From positions 7,558-71,557 of the forward strand of contig PLYM01000217.1 in the NCBI GenBank assembly GCA_003153375.1: DNA of 64,000 nt, read 5' to 3'. Positions 49,574 through 59,312 of this stretch are shown here, piece after piece. A program made the translations under genes and the position numbers. Position 1 is the first letter of the stretch, and each line of letters opens with the position of its first letter. The notes beneath the pieces were generated by a model. It had not been told where the DNA came from and did no database searches. It saw only the letters and a program-made list of their open reading frames with translations. This stretch comes from Planctomycetaceae bacterium (GTDB lineage Bacteria; Planctomycetota; Planctomycetia; Pirellulales; PALSA-1355).

Positions 49574-52500
49574 TCAGGGCTCCGCGGCGCGCTGCGGCTC
49601 GGCGGCACTTGTCGGTGCGAAACCGCGGCGCATGGTGTTCTCGGTCAGCGTGCGCGGCAGCACGAATTGCAGCAAGTAGTCCGCTCCACCGGCCTTGGTG
49701 CCGATGCCCGACATGCGAAATCCGCCAAACGGCTGCCTCCCCACCAGGGCGCCGGTGATCGAGCGGTTCAAGTAGAAGTTGCCCACTAGCATTCCGCGCT
49801 GCGCCTGGCGCAGGTTGTCGGGGCTCCGCGAAAAGATGCCCCCGGTCAGCGCATAGTCGGTGTTATTGGCGATGTGTATGGCCTCGTCCAGGTCGCTGGC
49901 CCGCATCACCGCGAGCACCGGGCCAAAGATTTCCTCCTGGGCCAAGGGGCTATCCGGCTGCACGTCGGTGTAGATGTGGGGGCCGACATAGAACCCCTCG
50001 GCCGCCAACTCGCCGACCTCGACCGCCAGCGCCTCGCGACTCGTTTGCCGGCCGATTTCGACGTAACGCCGCACACGGTCGAAAGACTCCTGGTCGATGA
50101 CCGCTGACATGCTGCTCGCGGGCTCTTCGGCAGGTCCGATCTGCAAGCTTCGCGTCGCCTCGACCAGCCGCGACAAAAACACGTCATAGACGCCAGCCAG
50201 CACGATCACGCGCGAGCAGGCCGAACATTTCTGACCTTGATAGCCGAAAGCGCTCTTTACGACACCCAGCACCGCTTCATCCAGATCGGCGTCATCGTCG
50301 ACAATGATCGCGTTCTTGCCTCCCATTTCGGCAATCACGTGCTTGACCGTCCGCATCCCGCAGCCAGTGGCCAGTTGCGCCGCCCGCGCGTTGATGGTCA
50401 GGCCCACGTTGCGCGAGCCGGTGAAAGCGATCAGGGCCACGTCCGGATGGTCGACCAGGGCCGCGCCGACCGTTTCGCCGCGCCCTGGCAGATAATTGAG
50501 CACGCCGCGGGGCAACTCGAGTTCACTGAAGATCTCCATCAGTTTCGCCGCCACAATGCTCGATTGCTCGGCCGGCTTCATGACGACCGTATTGCCTGTT
50601 GCCAGCGCGGCCGTCGTCATGCCGGTGAGAATCGCCAGCGGGAAATTCCAGGGCGCAATCACCGCCGCGACGCCGCGGGGAATGGTTTCGAAGCGATTCT
50701 CCTCGCCCGGAACGTCGACGCCGTGCGGTTGAGCGAGCGCCACAGCGCCGGTCGCGTAGTACTCGCAAAAATCGATCGCTTCGGCCACGTCGGCGTCGGC
50801 CTCGCGCCACGGCTTGGCACACTCGTGTACTTCCCAAGCTGCCAGCTCAAAGCGCCGCTCGCGCATCCGCTGTGCGGCCCGGCGCAAATACTCGGCTCGC
50901 CGCGTCGCGCCCAAGCCCCACCAGCCAGGCAATGCGCGTTTCGCCGCTGCCACCGCTGCCTGAGCGTCCTCAGCCGAAGCCTGGGCCACCTGCCCCAGAA
51001 TTCGCACCTTGTGCGACGGATTGATCGCCGCGGCCCATGTCCTGGTGGCAACCTCCTGGCCATCGATGACCAGTGGATAACGCGAGTTCCATTGGCGCTC
51101 GGTGTCACGCAGGGCGTCTTGCATCGCCTGGCGGTTGGCGTCGCGACCAAAGTCGACCGGCGGCTCATTGTGAAAAGCGGGCGCGAATCGGGTCGCTCCC
51201 ACGCGGTGTTCCTCGGCCCGACCGTCGCCAAGGGACTTTTGATCCAAGGGGTTCATAAGCAGTTTCTCCACCGAGACGTGCTCGGCAAAACTGGCCCGCA
51301 GAAACGATTCATTCGAAGTATTCTCCAGCAGCCGCCGCACCAGGTAGGCCATGCCGGGGATCAGCTCGCCATAGGGCATGTAGATGCGGAGCCGATAACC
51401 GAGATCGACGATCGCCTGCTTCTCGGCGTCGGCCATGCCATAGAGCATCTGCAGCTCGAAGCCATGCGCCGGAATGCCCAAGTTTCGTGCCACGGCCATG
51501 CCGTGAGCCAGCGAGCGCAAGTTATGGCTGCCTAGCGCCGGCCGGATGTGCTCGTGGTTTTGCATGGCAAACCGCGTGAGCCGCTCGTAACTGGCATCGG
51601 TTTCCCACTTGTCTCGAAACACCGGTATGGGCCAGCCGGTGGCCTCGGCGAACACGGTCTCATAGTCCCAATAGGCCCCTTTGACCAGTCGCACCCAAAC
51701 CGGGCGGCCGCGTCGCACGGCCCAGTCCCGCAGCCGTCGCAGATCGTCGGCCGCATCGCACAGGTAGCACTGAATCACGATGCCGACGTCCGAGGTATCA
51801 CGAAACTCGTCCTCCATCAGCACCTGCTCAAAAATCGCCAGCGTGAGATCCTTGGTGCGGTACGATTCCATGTCGATATTGACGAACGTGCGTTGGGCGT
51901 GCGCCGCCCGCAGCAGCAATCGCAGCCGTTGGCCCACGCGGCGCGCGGTGCCGGCCGGGTCGATGGGGTCGAATTGGCTATCCAGGGCCGATAGTTTGAC
52001 CGAGACATTCGCTCTCGGCAGTTCGACCAACGACGCGCGGTCGATCTGCGGCACTTCGGGCCAAGAGTTAACGACCGGCGCAACCCCGTCGATCAAATCC
52101 AGGTAGGTCCGCAAGTAATGCTCGGCCTCGATTTCGCTAGTCACGGCCTCGCCCAGCACGTCGAGCGTAAAGGCTCGCCGCAGCATGCGCTCGCGCATCG
52201 CCGCCGCCAGGACTTCGTTTTGCGTCGTGCCGGCGATGAACCGTCGGGCGTGTCCCATGGCGTTGCGGCGGGCCGCGATGGCCAACGCACGGCCAGCGAT
52301 CGAACGCGGCGTGGCCACGGCCAGGCCCAATCGCACGGCCGAAGGCAGAAACTGCCGCACGTCGTGGAAGTACTCGTGCAGGTGCCGCGTCACTGCCTCG
52401 CTCGTCGAAAGCATCGGCAGCACGTCGATGAAGCGGAACATCTGCACCTTGACCGACTCATCTTGCATGGCCCAGGCCATGATTCGATCGTCCCACCAGC

Positions 52501-52615
52501 GACGATCCAGCACGTTCCGCTCGCCGCCGCTCAGGTGATCGAAGAGATAATGGCCGATCTCCTGCGTCGTGCGCTCGATGTCTGACAGGCGGCGGTCGTT
52601 GAGTTCGCTGGGCAC
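49574..52615 (-). CDS. putA: Bifunctional proline dehydrogenase / P5C dehydrogenase
   Basis: RLVKGAYWD, QMLYGM, YLVRRLLEN, EMGGKN, GQKCSAC; start approximate (GTG 52615). Confidence 0.94.
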   Translation of the reverse strand: MPSELNDRRLSDIERTTQEIGHYLFDHLSGGERNVLDRRWWDDRIMAWAMQDESVKVQMFRFIDVLPMLSTSEAVTRHLHEYFHDVRQFLPSAVRLGLAVATPRSIAGRALAIAARRNAMGHARRFIAGTTQNEVLAAAMRERMLRRAFTLDVLGEAVTSEIEAEHYLRTYLDLIDGVAPVVNSWPEVPQIDRASLVELPRANVSVKLSALDSQFDPIDPAGTARRVGQRLRLLLRAAHAQRTFVNIDMESYRTKDLTLAIFEQVLMEDEFRDTSDVGIVIQCYLCDAADDLRRLRDWAVRRGRPVWVRLVKGAYWDYETVFAEATGWPIPVFRDKWETDASYERLTRFAMQNHEHIRPALGSHNLRSLAHGMAVARNLGIPAHGFELQMLYGMADAEKQAIVDLGYRLRIYMPYGELIPGMAYLVRRLLENTSNESFLRASFAEHVSVEKLLMNPLDQKSLGDGRAEEHRVGATRFAPAFHNEPPVDFGRDANRQAMQDALRDTERQWNSRYPLVIDGQEVATRTWAAAINPSHKVRILGQVAQASAEDAQAAVAAAKRALPGWWGLGATRRAEYLRRAAQRMRERRFELAAWEVHECAKPWREADADVAEAIDFCEYYATGAVALAQPHGVDVPGEENRFETIPRGVAAVIAPWNFPLAILTGMTTAALATGNTVVMKPAEQSSIVAAKLMEIFSELELPRGVLNYLPGRGETVGAALVDHPDVALIAFTGSRNVGLTINARAAQLATGCGMRTVKHVIAEMGGKNAIIVDDDADLDEAVLGVVKSAFGYQGQKCSACSRVIVLAGVYDVFLSRLVEATRSLQIGPAEEPASSMSAVIDQESFDRVRRYVEIGRQTSREALAVEVGELAAEGFYVGPHIYTDVQPDSPLAQEEIFGPVLAVMRASDLDEAIHIANNTDYALTGGIFSRSPDNLRQAQRGMLVGNFYLNRSITGALVGRQPFGGFRMSGIGTKAGGADYLLQFVLPRTLTENTMRRGFAPTSAAEPQRAAEP

Positions 52616-52795
52616 GGTAAACGTCTTCGGCGAGAGGGCAGCGGGTTGCTGACGGTATCCGCGGTAGCGCGGGCTAGACAATTCTATGCCCCTGCCCCCG
52701 ATTTGGCGAAAGCGGCCCCAAACCCCCGGGCACCTGCGGCATGCGGACCGTATAATGAGCCGATTCGCACCCTGCAAACTTTGTTTTTCCGACTC

Positions 52796-53860
52796 ATGAC
52801 GAATTTGCTCGAACCGGCGAACGACCACTTACGTGCCTGGCTGGCCGAGCGCGGTATGCCAGGATTTCGCTTCGCGCAGATTCGGCACTGGCTCTTTGCC
52901 GGCCGCGCCCGCGGGTTTGAGGACATGACCAATCTGCCCAAGGCCTTGCGCGAAGCCCTGGCGGCCGAGTTTCAACTCTGGACTTCGCGGGTCGTGGCAC
53001 ACAAGGTGACGGACGATGGCACGGAGAAGCTGCTCGTTCAGTGGTCCGATGGCCAGCAGATCGAATGCGTGCTGTTGCTCGACGGCGGCCGCCGCACGAT
53101 CTGCATTAGTACCCAAGTGGGCTGCGCGATGGGCTGCGTGTTCTGCGCCAGTGGGTTGGAAGGCGTGACGCGCAATCTGACGGCCGGCGAGATCCTGGAG
53201 CAGATGCTGCTGCTCGATCGGCTGCTGCCGGAGGGCGAGCGACTGAGCCACATTGTCGTCATGGGCATGGGCGAACCACTGGCCAACGTCGACGCCCTGT
53301 TGCCGGCCTTGCACGAAGCCAGTTCTCCGACAGGCCTGGCGATCAGCGCCCGACGGATCACGATTTCAACCGTCGGCCTGCCTCCGGCCATTCATCGCCT
53401 GGCCGAGGCCAACTGCCGCTACAACCTGGCCGTGTCGCTGCACGCGGCCGACGACGATTTGCGGAATCAACTCGTGAAGGTCAACAAGAACATCGGCCTC
53501 GACGAGATTCTTCGAGCCGCCGATCATTATTTTGAGGCCTCGGGACGTCGGCTGACCTTCGAATATGTGCTGCTGGCGGGGCTAAATGACGGTCCGGACC
53601 ACGCTCGACGTTTGGTGACATTGCTGCGCGGTCGCACCGCGTTGCTGAATGTGATTCCCTACAACCCCGTGACCGGCTTGCCCTACCGCACGCCGTCAGC
53701 CACGGCCGTCAATCGCTTCCTGGAAATCGTCCGCAGCGGCGGCATCAACGTGTTTGTCCGGGAGCGCAAAGGGGACAAGATCGACGCGGCCTGTGGGCAA
53801 CTGCGTCGAGGTGCTCTCGAAGTGCTACCGCTGGCCACGGAGCCCGCGGCCGGTTGCTAG
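52796..53860 (+). CDS. rlmN: 23S rRNA/tRNA A2503/A37 C2-methyltransferase
   Basis: CISTQVGCAMGCVFC, MGMGEPL, AVSLHA, IDAACGQL. Confidence 0.95.
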   Translation: MTNLLEPANDHLRAWLAERGMPGFRFAQIRHWLFAGRARGFEDMTNLPKALREALAAEFQLWTSRVVAHKVTDDGTEKLLVQWSDGQQIECVLLLDGGRRTICISTQVGCAMGCVFCASGLEGVTRNLTAGEILEQMLLLDRLLPEGERLSHIVVMGMGEPLANVDALLPALHEASSPTGLAISARRITISTVGLPPAIHRLAEANCRYNLAVSLHAADDDLRNQLVKVNKNIGLDEILRAADHYFEASGRRLTFEYVLLAGLNDGPDHARRLVTLLRGRTALLNVIPYNPVTGLPYRTPSATAVNRFLEIVRSGGINVFVRERKGDKIDAACGQLRRGALEVLPLATEPAAGC

Positions 53861-54627
53861 CCGCCGGGTAATTTCAGGGTCCACAGCGTGGCTTGGAAGA
53901 TGAGCTTCCGATAGGCCGCCTGCTTCCAGTTGTCGTGGAAGTGCAAACCCGTGAAGCCGAAGGAGCGGCCGCCATCGGGACGCTCCCAGGACCAGGCGAC
54001 GGTTTCCGAGCGACCGTCGATCGTGGCTTGCAAAATCGGCCGGATCTGGCCGCGCGGCTCGACGAACTTGAGCTGATAATAAAACTCGTCGCGGGCGCGA
54101 AAATTCGTCAGGCCCGCGGTGATCGGATGACCTGGGTCGGCAATACGCAGTTCGGTCTCGACGACCTGATACTTGCGGTCCGGACCGCCGTGGCAGCCGC
54201 CTAACAGCTTCAGGAACGGTTCGATCGGTTCGGCGGCTTTGGTGCCCAACGCCCAGTGCAGAGCGACCAGTCCGCCGCCGCGGGCCGCCAGTCGGGCTAA
54301 GGCCTCTTGACGGCGCGGATCGGCTTGCGTCCAACGGGCGCCCTCGGAGAGGAACATCACGACGCCGTCGGCTTCGCCCAGCAGCGCCGGCCCCTCGCTC
54401 CAGGGCTCGTCGGCCGTCACCACGCGAACCTTGAGCCCCGCCGTCGGCTCGAGCAGCTTCGCAAGTTGCTCGAGACCAGCTAAGTACTCGTGCGTCCCAG
54501 CAGGGTGGTTGTCAGGCCCTTGGGCCAGCAGGAGCAACGTCTTGGGCGGTGCGGCGGAGGCGGTGCCGCCCAAACTGGCAAGCGCCAGGAGGACGAACAG
54601 GGAATCAACAAGCGTCGCAAGCCGCAT
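53857..54627 (-). CDS. Exported ThuA-like domain protein
   Basis: Signal peptide, HPAGTHEY, GGGLVALHW, DEFYY, RSFGFTGLH. Confidence 0.85.
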   Translation of the reverse strand: MRLATLVDSLFVLLALASLGGTASAAPPKTLLLLAQGPDNHPAGTHEYLAGLEQLAKLLEPTAGLKVRVVTADEPWSEGPALLGEADGVVMFLSEGARWTQADPRRQEALARLAARGGGLVALHWALGTKAAEPIEPFLKLLGGCHGGPDRKYQVVETELRIADPGHPITAGLTNFRARDEFYYQLKFVEPRGQIRPILQATIDGRSETVAWSWERPDGGRSFGFTGLHFHDNWKQAAYRKLIFQATLWTLKLPGG

Positions 54628-54653
54628 GATCTCCGTCCTCTGCATCAGCGCAC

Positions 54654-54690
54654 AAAAAAAGCCGCCACGGCGCTGTTGGCCGTGGCGGCT
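54654..54690 (-). terminator. Intrinsic terminator after the SHD1 gene
   Basis: 12-bp stem AGCCGCCACGGC/GCCGTGGCGGCT followed by a T-run on the minus strand. Confidence 0.85.
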
Positions 54691-54738
54691 ATTGTAGTCC
54701 AAGTTCTCGTCGCGCTCGAAGTTTCGAGATCGGCGAAA

Positions 54739-55728
54739 TTAGAATTTTCCAGCGAAGCTGGTCGTGTTCTGGCGACGAACGAATTCCAGGTCGTCCTCGC
54801 TCAGGCGATCCAACGACACGGTCGTGTACTTGCCCGTGTCCTTCAGCAGTCGCACGCTCGATTCGCCAATCGTCACGAGGCGGGCATTAATCTGATACTT
54901 GCCGGTGTTGTCGGTCCAAACACGCAAGGCGTTGGCCGTCTCAGCCGGAGCGGTGACATGCGCTGCAGGCAGGACTTCCAACTGACGCGGTTCGGCCTGC
55001 GTGATCACGGCCGGCTTGACGACCTGTTGCGGAGCCACGGCGACCGGCTCGACAAACAGGTCTTCCAACTCGGCGCTGGTGGCCACGGGCGGCACGATGG
55101 CGGCCGGTTGAGCGGCCGACTTATTGTCGTCGTTTTCCTTGAACAGATCGTCGACGTCGTCCGACTTCTTTTCGTCTCCTTCGGGAGCCGCGTTGGTCGT
55201 CGGCGCCGTGGCCGATTTCTTATCGCTGGCGTCGGTGTCTTTGAACAAGTCATCGACGTCGTCGCTGGGCTTGGCCGGCGTGGTTTCTTCGGGCATCTCT
55301 TCCGGCGGGGCGGCCGGCGGAGTCTCTTCGGGCATTTCCTCAAGTGCCGGCTCAGGCGCGGGCACTTCCGCTGCCGGGGCCGGAGCGGGCGCCTTGGGCT
55401 GCGTCAATTCAGGAGCCGGCGCGGGAGGAGGAGCCAGCGCAGGAGTGGGCGCGGGAGCTGGGGTCGGAGAATTTTGCGAGGGCATCGCGGGCGTTGGGCC
55501 GTTGCTGGGAGTGGTCGAACCATCGGAGCAGCCGCCCGAGCAACCGTCCGATACGACGGTCGAACAGCCATCACAGCACGGCGTCGGGGCACACGTCGTC
55601 ACGCATTGCACCGGGTAGCAACGTCGCGGTGCGCAGCAGCGGCTGCGCCAACGGCAGGCTGCCGCGGGATCGACCGCCGTCAAAAGAACCGCAGTCCAAA
55701 CGATGACTGTTTTGCCAATCCGCAGCAT
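54739..55728 (-). CDS. Exported Cys/Pro-rich protein with a C-terminal SHD1 domain
   Basis: Signal peptide, Cys cluster, Pro-rich linker, DDVDDLFK repeats, RVWTDNTGKYQINARL...LSEDDLEFV. Confidence 0.85.
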   Translation of the reverse strand: MLRIGKTVIVWTAVLLTAVDPAAACRWRSRCCAPRRCYPVQCVTTCAPTPCCDGCSTVVSDGCSGGCSDGSTTPSNGPTPAMPSQNSPTPAPAPTPALAPPPAPAPELTQPKAPAPAPAAEVPAPEPALEEMPEETPPAAPPEEMPEETTPAKPSDDVDDLFKDTDASDKKSATAPTTNAAPEGDEKKSDDVDDLFKENDDNKSAAQPAAIVPPVATSAELEDLFVEPVAVAPQQVVKPAVITQAEPRQLEVLPAAHVTAPAETANALRVWTDNTGKYQINARLVTIGESSVRLLKDTGKYTTVSLDRLSEDDLEFVRRQNTTSFAGKF

Positions 55729-55927
55729 CCGAAATCCTCCCTCACCGGAAAAGAGACCGCCGTCAATGTACTTTGACCATTTATGCTAGCTTCACAGAAT
55801 CGGCTCGGCAACCGATGGAAAATCAGTTTTCGGGCCAAATTTGGGTCTGGCCCATCTTCCGCGGGGGCAGATTGACGATAATTCCGCCGGCACCGGTTAG
55901 TCCGGGCGCGCATGCGGCACCCCGCGC

Positions 55928-55965
55928 AAAAAAGAAACCGGCCGAAGCAAGCCTCGGCCGGTTCC
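55928..55965 (-). terminator. Intrinsic terminator
   Basis: GAACCGGCCGAG...TTCGGCCGGTTTC followed by TTTTTT. Confidence 0.85.
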
Positions 55966-56051
55966 ACCATTTCAGGTTCTAAAGGATGTTTGGCTGACTG
56001 ACGTCGCAAAAGACCGCTCTTTCGCGAAGCGTGCAGCCCGTCGGCTGCTCG

Positions 56052-56084
56052 TCAGACGAGCCACCTCTGGTTACCACTACACAT
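56052..56084 (-). CDS. 10-aa small ORF MCSGNQRWLV
   Basis: ATG 4 nt after GAAAGGAGGTGA (56089-56100); TGA at 56052-56054. Confidence 0.4.
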   Translation of the reverse strand: MCSGNQRWLV

Positions 56085-56194
56085 GCAGTCACCTCCTTTC
56101 CAATAATGACCACCCCGTTGGCCACCAGTCCAGCCTGGCTCGCCGCTTGGGCTATCGGTCCCGCCAGTGCCACGTTCGCACCGGCACTAACCGT

Positions 56195-56224
56195 ATGCTA
56201 TTCAGCCTGTGCGCCGATGGTCAA
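56195..56224 (-). promoter_or_regulatory. Sigma70-type promoter
   Basis: TTGACC-N18-TAGCAT. Confidence 0.65.
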
Positions 56225-56329
56225 GTGGATTTGTTGGCCGGGGCCTTGGGGGCGAGCCCCGGGCGAGGCCAGCGGCGGGTTTTCTCGAGAAAATCGCCCC
56301 TGGTTGAGCGGTTCCAGGGGGGCTGCCCG

Positions 56330-58045
56330 CTAGGCAGTTTCCTGCTCTTCGAGCTGGTACTCTTCGATCATCAGCTCGCGGATCTTGAACTTTTGAATCT
56401 TGCCCGTGACGGTCTGCGGAAAGGTCTCGACGAATTTGACGTAGCGCGGCACCTTGTAGCGGGCTAGCCGATCACGGCAAAACGCTCGGATCGCTTCCTC
56501 GTCACACGTGCAGCCCGTCTTCAATTTGATCCAGGCGCACAGCTCCTCGCCATATTTGTGGTCGGGCACGCCCACCACGGCGGCCTGCTCGATCGTCGGA
56601 TGCGTGAACAGGAACTCTTCGATCTCACGCGGGTAGATGTTCTCGCCGCCCCGGATCACCATGTCCTTGATGCGTCCGGTAATGCGGTAGTAGCCGTTGG
56701 GCAGACGGATGGCCAGATCGCCTGAGTGAAGCCAGCCATCCGGATCGATCGCGGCTTGCGTGGCTTCCTGGTTGTGATAGTAGCCGATCATGATCCCATG
56801 TCCGCGGGCGCAGAGCTCGCCCTGTTCGTTGTCGCCCAAAGTCTTGCCGGTTGCCGGATCGACGATCTTCACCTCGACGCCGGGCAATGCGCGGCCGACG
56901 GTCTCGACGCGAATCTCGAGCGGATCGGTGTTACGGCTCTGGGTGATGATGGGCGAGGCCTCGGTCAGACCGTAGCCGATCGTGACCTCGCGCGCCCCCA
57001 GGCGATCGATGACTTGCCGCATGACCTCGATCGGGCAGGGGCTGCCGGCCATGATGCCGGTTCGCAGCGAACTCAGGTCGCGGCCCGGCAGCGTGGGATC
57101 TTGCAACTGGGCGATGAACATCGTCGGGACGCCGTACAACGACGTGGCCCGTTCTTTCTCGATGGCATCGAGCGTGGCTTCGGCATTGAAGCTCTCGGCG
57201 GGGATGACCATGGCCGCGCCGTGAACCACCGAGGTAATCGTGCCCAACACGCAGCCGAAGCAGTGATAGAGCGGCACGGGAATGCACACGCGATCGTCGG
57301 CCGTCAGTGCCTGGCACATCCCGGTGTAGTAGCCGTTGAAGAGCAGGTTGCGATGGCTGAGCGTGGCCGCCTTGGGAAAGCCGGTGGTGCCGGAAGTGTA
57401 TTGGATATTGATCGGTTGGTGGGGTTCCAGAAGCTTGTTCGCCACATCGAGTTTGTCAGCCGACACGCTTTCGGCGCGCTGCTGCATTTCGCGCCAGGTG
57501 ATTCCGCCCACGGGGGCTGCGTCTTCCAGCGCCACGACCCACCGCAGCTTGGGAAAGTCCTTCGATGCAAGCTCGCCGGGCGTGGCAGCCGCCAGTTCCG
57601 GGCAGACTTCGGCCAACATGGCGAAGTAGTCCGACGTCTTGAATTGTCGGACCAGGAACAGCGCGACCGAATCGCTCTGGTTGAGCACGTATTTCAATTC
57701 GAAGGGACGGTAGGCCGGGTTGATGTTCACCAGCACCGCGCCGACGCGTGCGGCGGCGAATTGCAGCACGACCCACTCGGGTACGTTCGTGGCCCAGATC
57801 GCCACGTGCTCGCCGTGACGAATGCCAAGAGCCAACAACCCGCGGGCCGCCAGGTCGACCTGCTCGCAGAACTCCCGATAGCTCAGTCGCAGGCCCAAGG
57901 CCGGAAAGACGAGCGCGTCGTGTTCGGGAAAGCGGCCAGCCGTCTCACGCAAGACCTCGGGCATCGTGAGCCCGTCGACCCAGGGCATCGCATTCTCGTC
58001 GAGGTTCGTTTGCGCCGGGTTCTTCATCGCCTGAACTCTCTCCAT
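56330..58045 (-). CDS. AMP-binding acyl-CoA synthetase
   Basis: YTSGTTGFPKA, YGLTEASP, HSGD, GRIKDMVIRGGENI, TGKIQK. Confidence 0.95.
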   Translation of the reverse strand: MERVQAMKNPAQTNLDENAMPWVDGLTMPEVLRETAGRFPEHDALVFPALGLRLSYREFCEQVDLAARGLLALGIRHGEHVAIWATNVPEWVVLQFAAARVGAVLVNINPAYRPFELKYVLNQSDSVALFLVRQFKTSDYFAMLAEVCPELAAATPGELASKDFPKLRWVVALEDAAPVGGITWREMQQRAESVSADKLDVANKLLEPHQPINIQYTSGTTGFPKAATLSHRNLLFNGYYTGMCQALTADDRVCIPVPLYHCFGCVLGTITSVVHGAAMVIPAESFNAEATLDAIEKERATSLYGVPTMFIAQLQDPTLPGRDLSSLRTGIMAGSPCPIEVMRQVIDRLGAREVTIGYGLTEASPIITQSRNTDPLEIRVETVGRALPGVEVKIVDPATGKTLGDNEQGELCARGHGIMIGYYHNQEATQAAIDPDGWLHSGDLAIRLPNGYYRITGRIKDMVIRGGENIYPREIEEFLFTHPTIEQAAVVGVPDHKYGEELCAWIKLKTGCTCDEEAIRAFCRDRLARYKVPRYVKFVETFPQTVTGKIQKFKIRELMIEEYQLEEQETA

Positions 58046-58047
58046 TG

Positions 58048-59196
58048 CTACTCACGAAGTGGACCCGCCAACGCCACGGCGCACGGGATGAAAATCATCA
58101 ACGGCATCCAGGCCGCCAACGCCGGCTCGAGCCAATAAGTCGAGCCCAGGTACTTGCAGCCAATCACCACCAGCATAAAGGCCGTGACCAGTCCCAGGCA
58201 AAGGCCGATCGCCAAAAAGACGTTACGATTCGTCCGCGACAGCACCAACGGCAGCCCCAGAAACAGCAGCGTCATGTCCAGCAGCGGCTGAATCAGCCGG
58301 GCGTGGATCGCCAATCGCTCGCCGGCGCCGAAATCGAGGCTTTGATTCTGCAAGTCGCGGATCAGCTCCGGCGTGCTCATCAATTGACGCCCCGTCCCGG
58401 CGCTTTCCAGGTGCTCGAAGCTGACGTTGCTTACGACGAAGCACTCGCCCGGCTTGAGCCAAGGATAGTCGCGCGGGGTCAGTAGCACCGGCCGTTTGCC
58501 CAGCGATAGCGACGCCTCGCGGTCCAGGCCTTTCGGCTGTTCCAGTCTGCGAAACAGATAGCCGCCCGGCCTGCTGTCTTGCGGCTTTTGATAGTAGGCA
58601 CTTTCGGCCAATATGCGGGGGCCATAGCGATCCAGTCCCTGCGGCAAGTAAAAGTCGGGGCGCGAGATGCGCTGCTGGTCGGCAAACATTTGCGACCCGG
58701 GGCCGCCCAGCAGAATTTGCGTCTCATTGTCATAGCGGGGCCGCGCGGGCTGGCCGCTCGAGCCGCCCAGGTCTTGGGCGTTGTGACTCAAATGTTCGCG
58801 CACCGAGGGGATCATCAGCTCGCGATTCACTACGGCGAGCAGGCAAATGATCAGCGACGCTCCGATGACGGGACGGATGATGCGTGCCTTGGGGATGCCG
58901 GCGGCCTCGAGCGCGGTCAACTCGTTGTGCCGTTGAATCCAGGTCAATGTGAACATCGCCGCGATCAGGCACAGTAGCGCGCTCATGCTGTCGAAAAACG
59001 ACAGCGAACGATATCCGTAGTATTCGCCCATCACCTTCAGCAGCCCGTCGTGATCGCGTGCATAGGTGACGAACTCGTCGAGGTTGCCCATGCCGTCGAT
59101 GACGATATAGAGCCCCGTGAGGCTGCAGAAGCAAATCAGGAAGGTCTGCAAGAACTGCCGCAACAGATAGCGGTCGACAATTAGCAGCCGCACCAT
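58048..59196 (-). CDS. LptF/LptG family permease
   Basis: DRYLLRQFL, RHNELTALEAAGI, C-terminal TMs, LAAWMP. Confidence 0.9.
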   Translation of the reverse strand: MVRLLIVDRYLLRQFLQTFLICFCSLTGLYIVIDGMGNLDEFVTYARDHDGLLKVMGEYYGYRSLSFFDSMSALLCLIAAMFTLTWIQRHNELTALEAAGIPKARIIRPVIGASLIICLLAVVNRELMIPSVREHLSHNAQDLGGSSGQPARPRYDNETQILLGGPGSQMFADQQRISRPDFYLPQGLDRYGPRILAESAYYQKPQDSRPGGYLFRRLEQPKGLDREASLSLGKRPVLLTPRDYPWLKPGECFVVSNVSFEHLESAGTGRQLMSTPELIRDLQNQSLDFGAGERLAIHARLIQPLLDMTLLFLGLPLVLSRTNRNVFLAIGLCLGLVTAFMLVVIGCKYLGSTYWLEPALAAWMPLMIFIPCAVALAGPLRE

Positions 59197-59312
59197 GCCG
59201 CCGCCGGCCACGGTCGCGCGCGCGTTCTTTCCCGGCCGGCCGGCCTTGGCCGACGCGACATCGGCGGAGTCAACTCCTGGGTTGCGCCGTACTGGCTTTC
59301 GTTCCTGTACTT

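Larger units (their letters stand above)
55928..56188 (-). ncRNA. Candidate structured RNA / small-peptide transcript of about 260 nt
   Basis: Bounded by a promoter and a terminator; multiple hairpins; contains GAAAGGAGGTGA and a 10-codon ORF. Confidence 0.6.

Noticed and set aside
55680-56084. Selenocysteine read-through of the sORF UGA into a longer frame
   Set aside because: The extended frame crosses the terminator, is not protein-like, and no convincing bacterial SECIS geometry is evident
56089-56100. 16S rRNA 3' fragment (TCACCTCCTTTC on the plus strand)
   Set aside because: No flanking rRNA sequence; better explained as a Shine-Dalgarno on the minus strand
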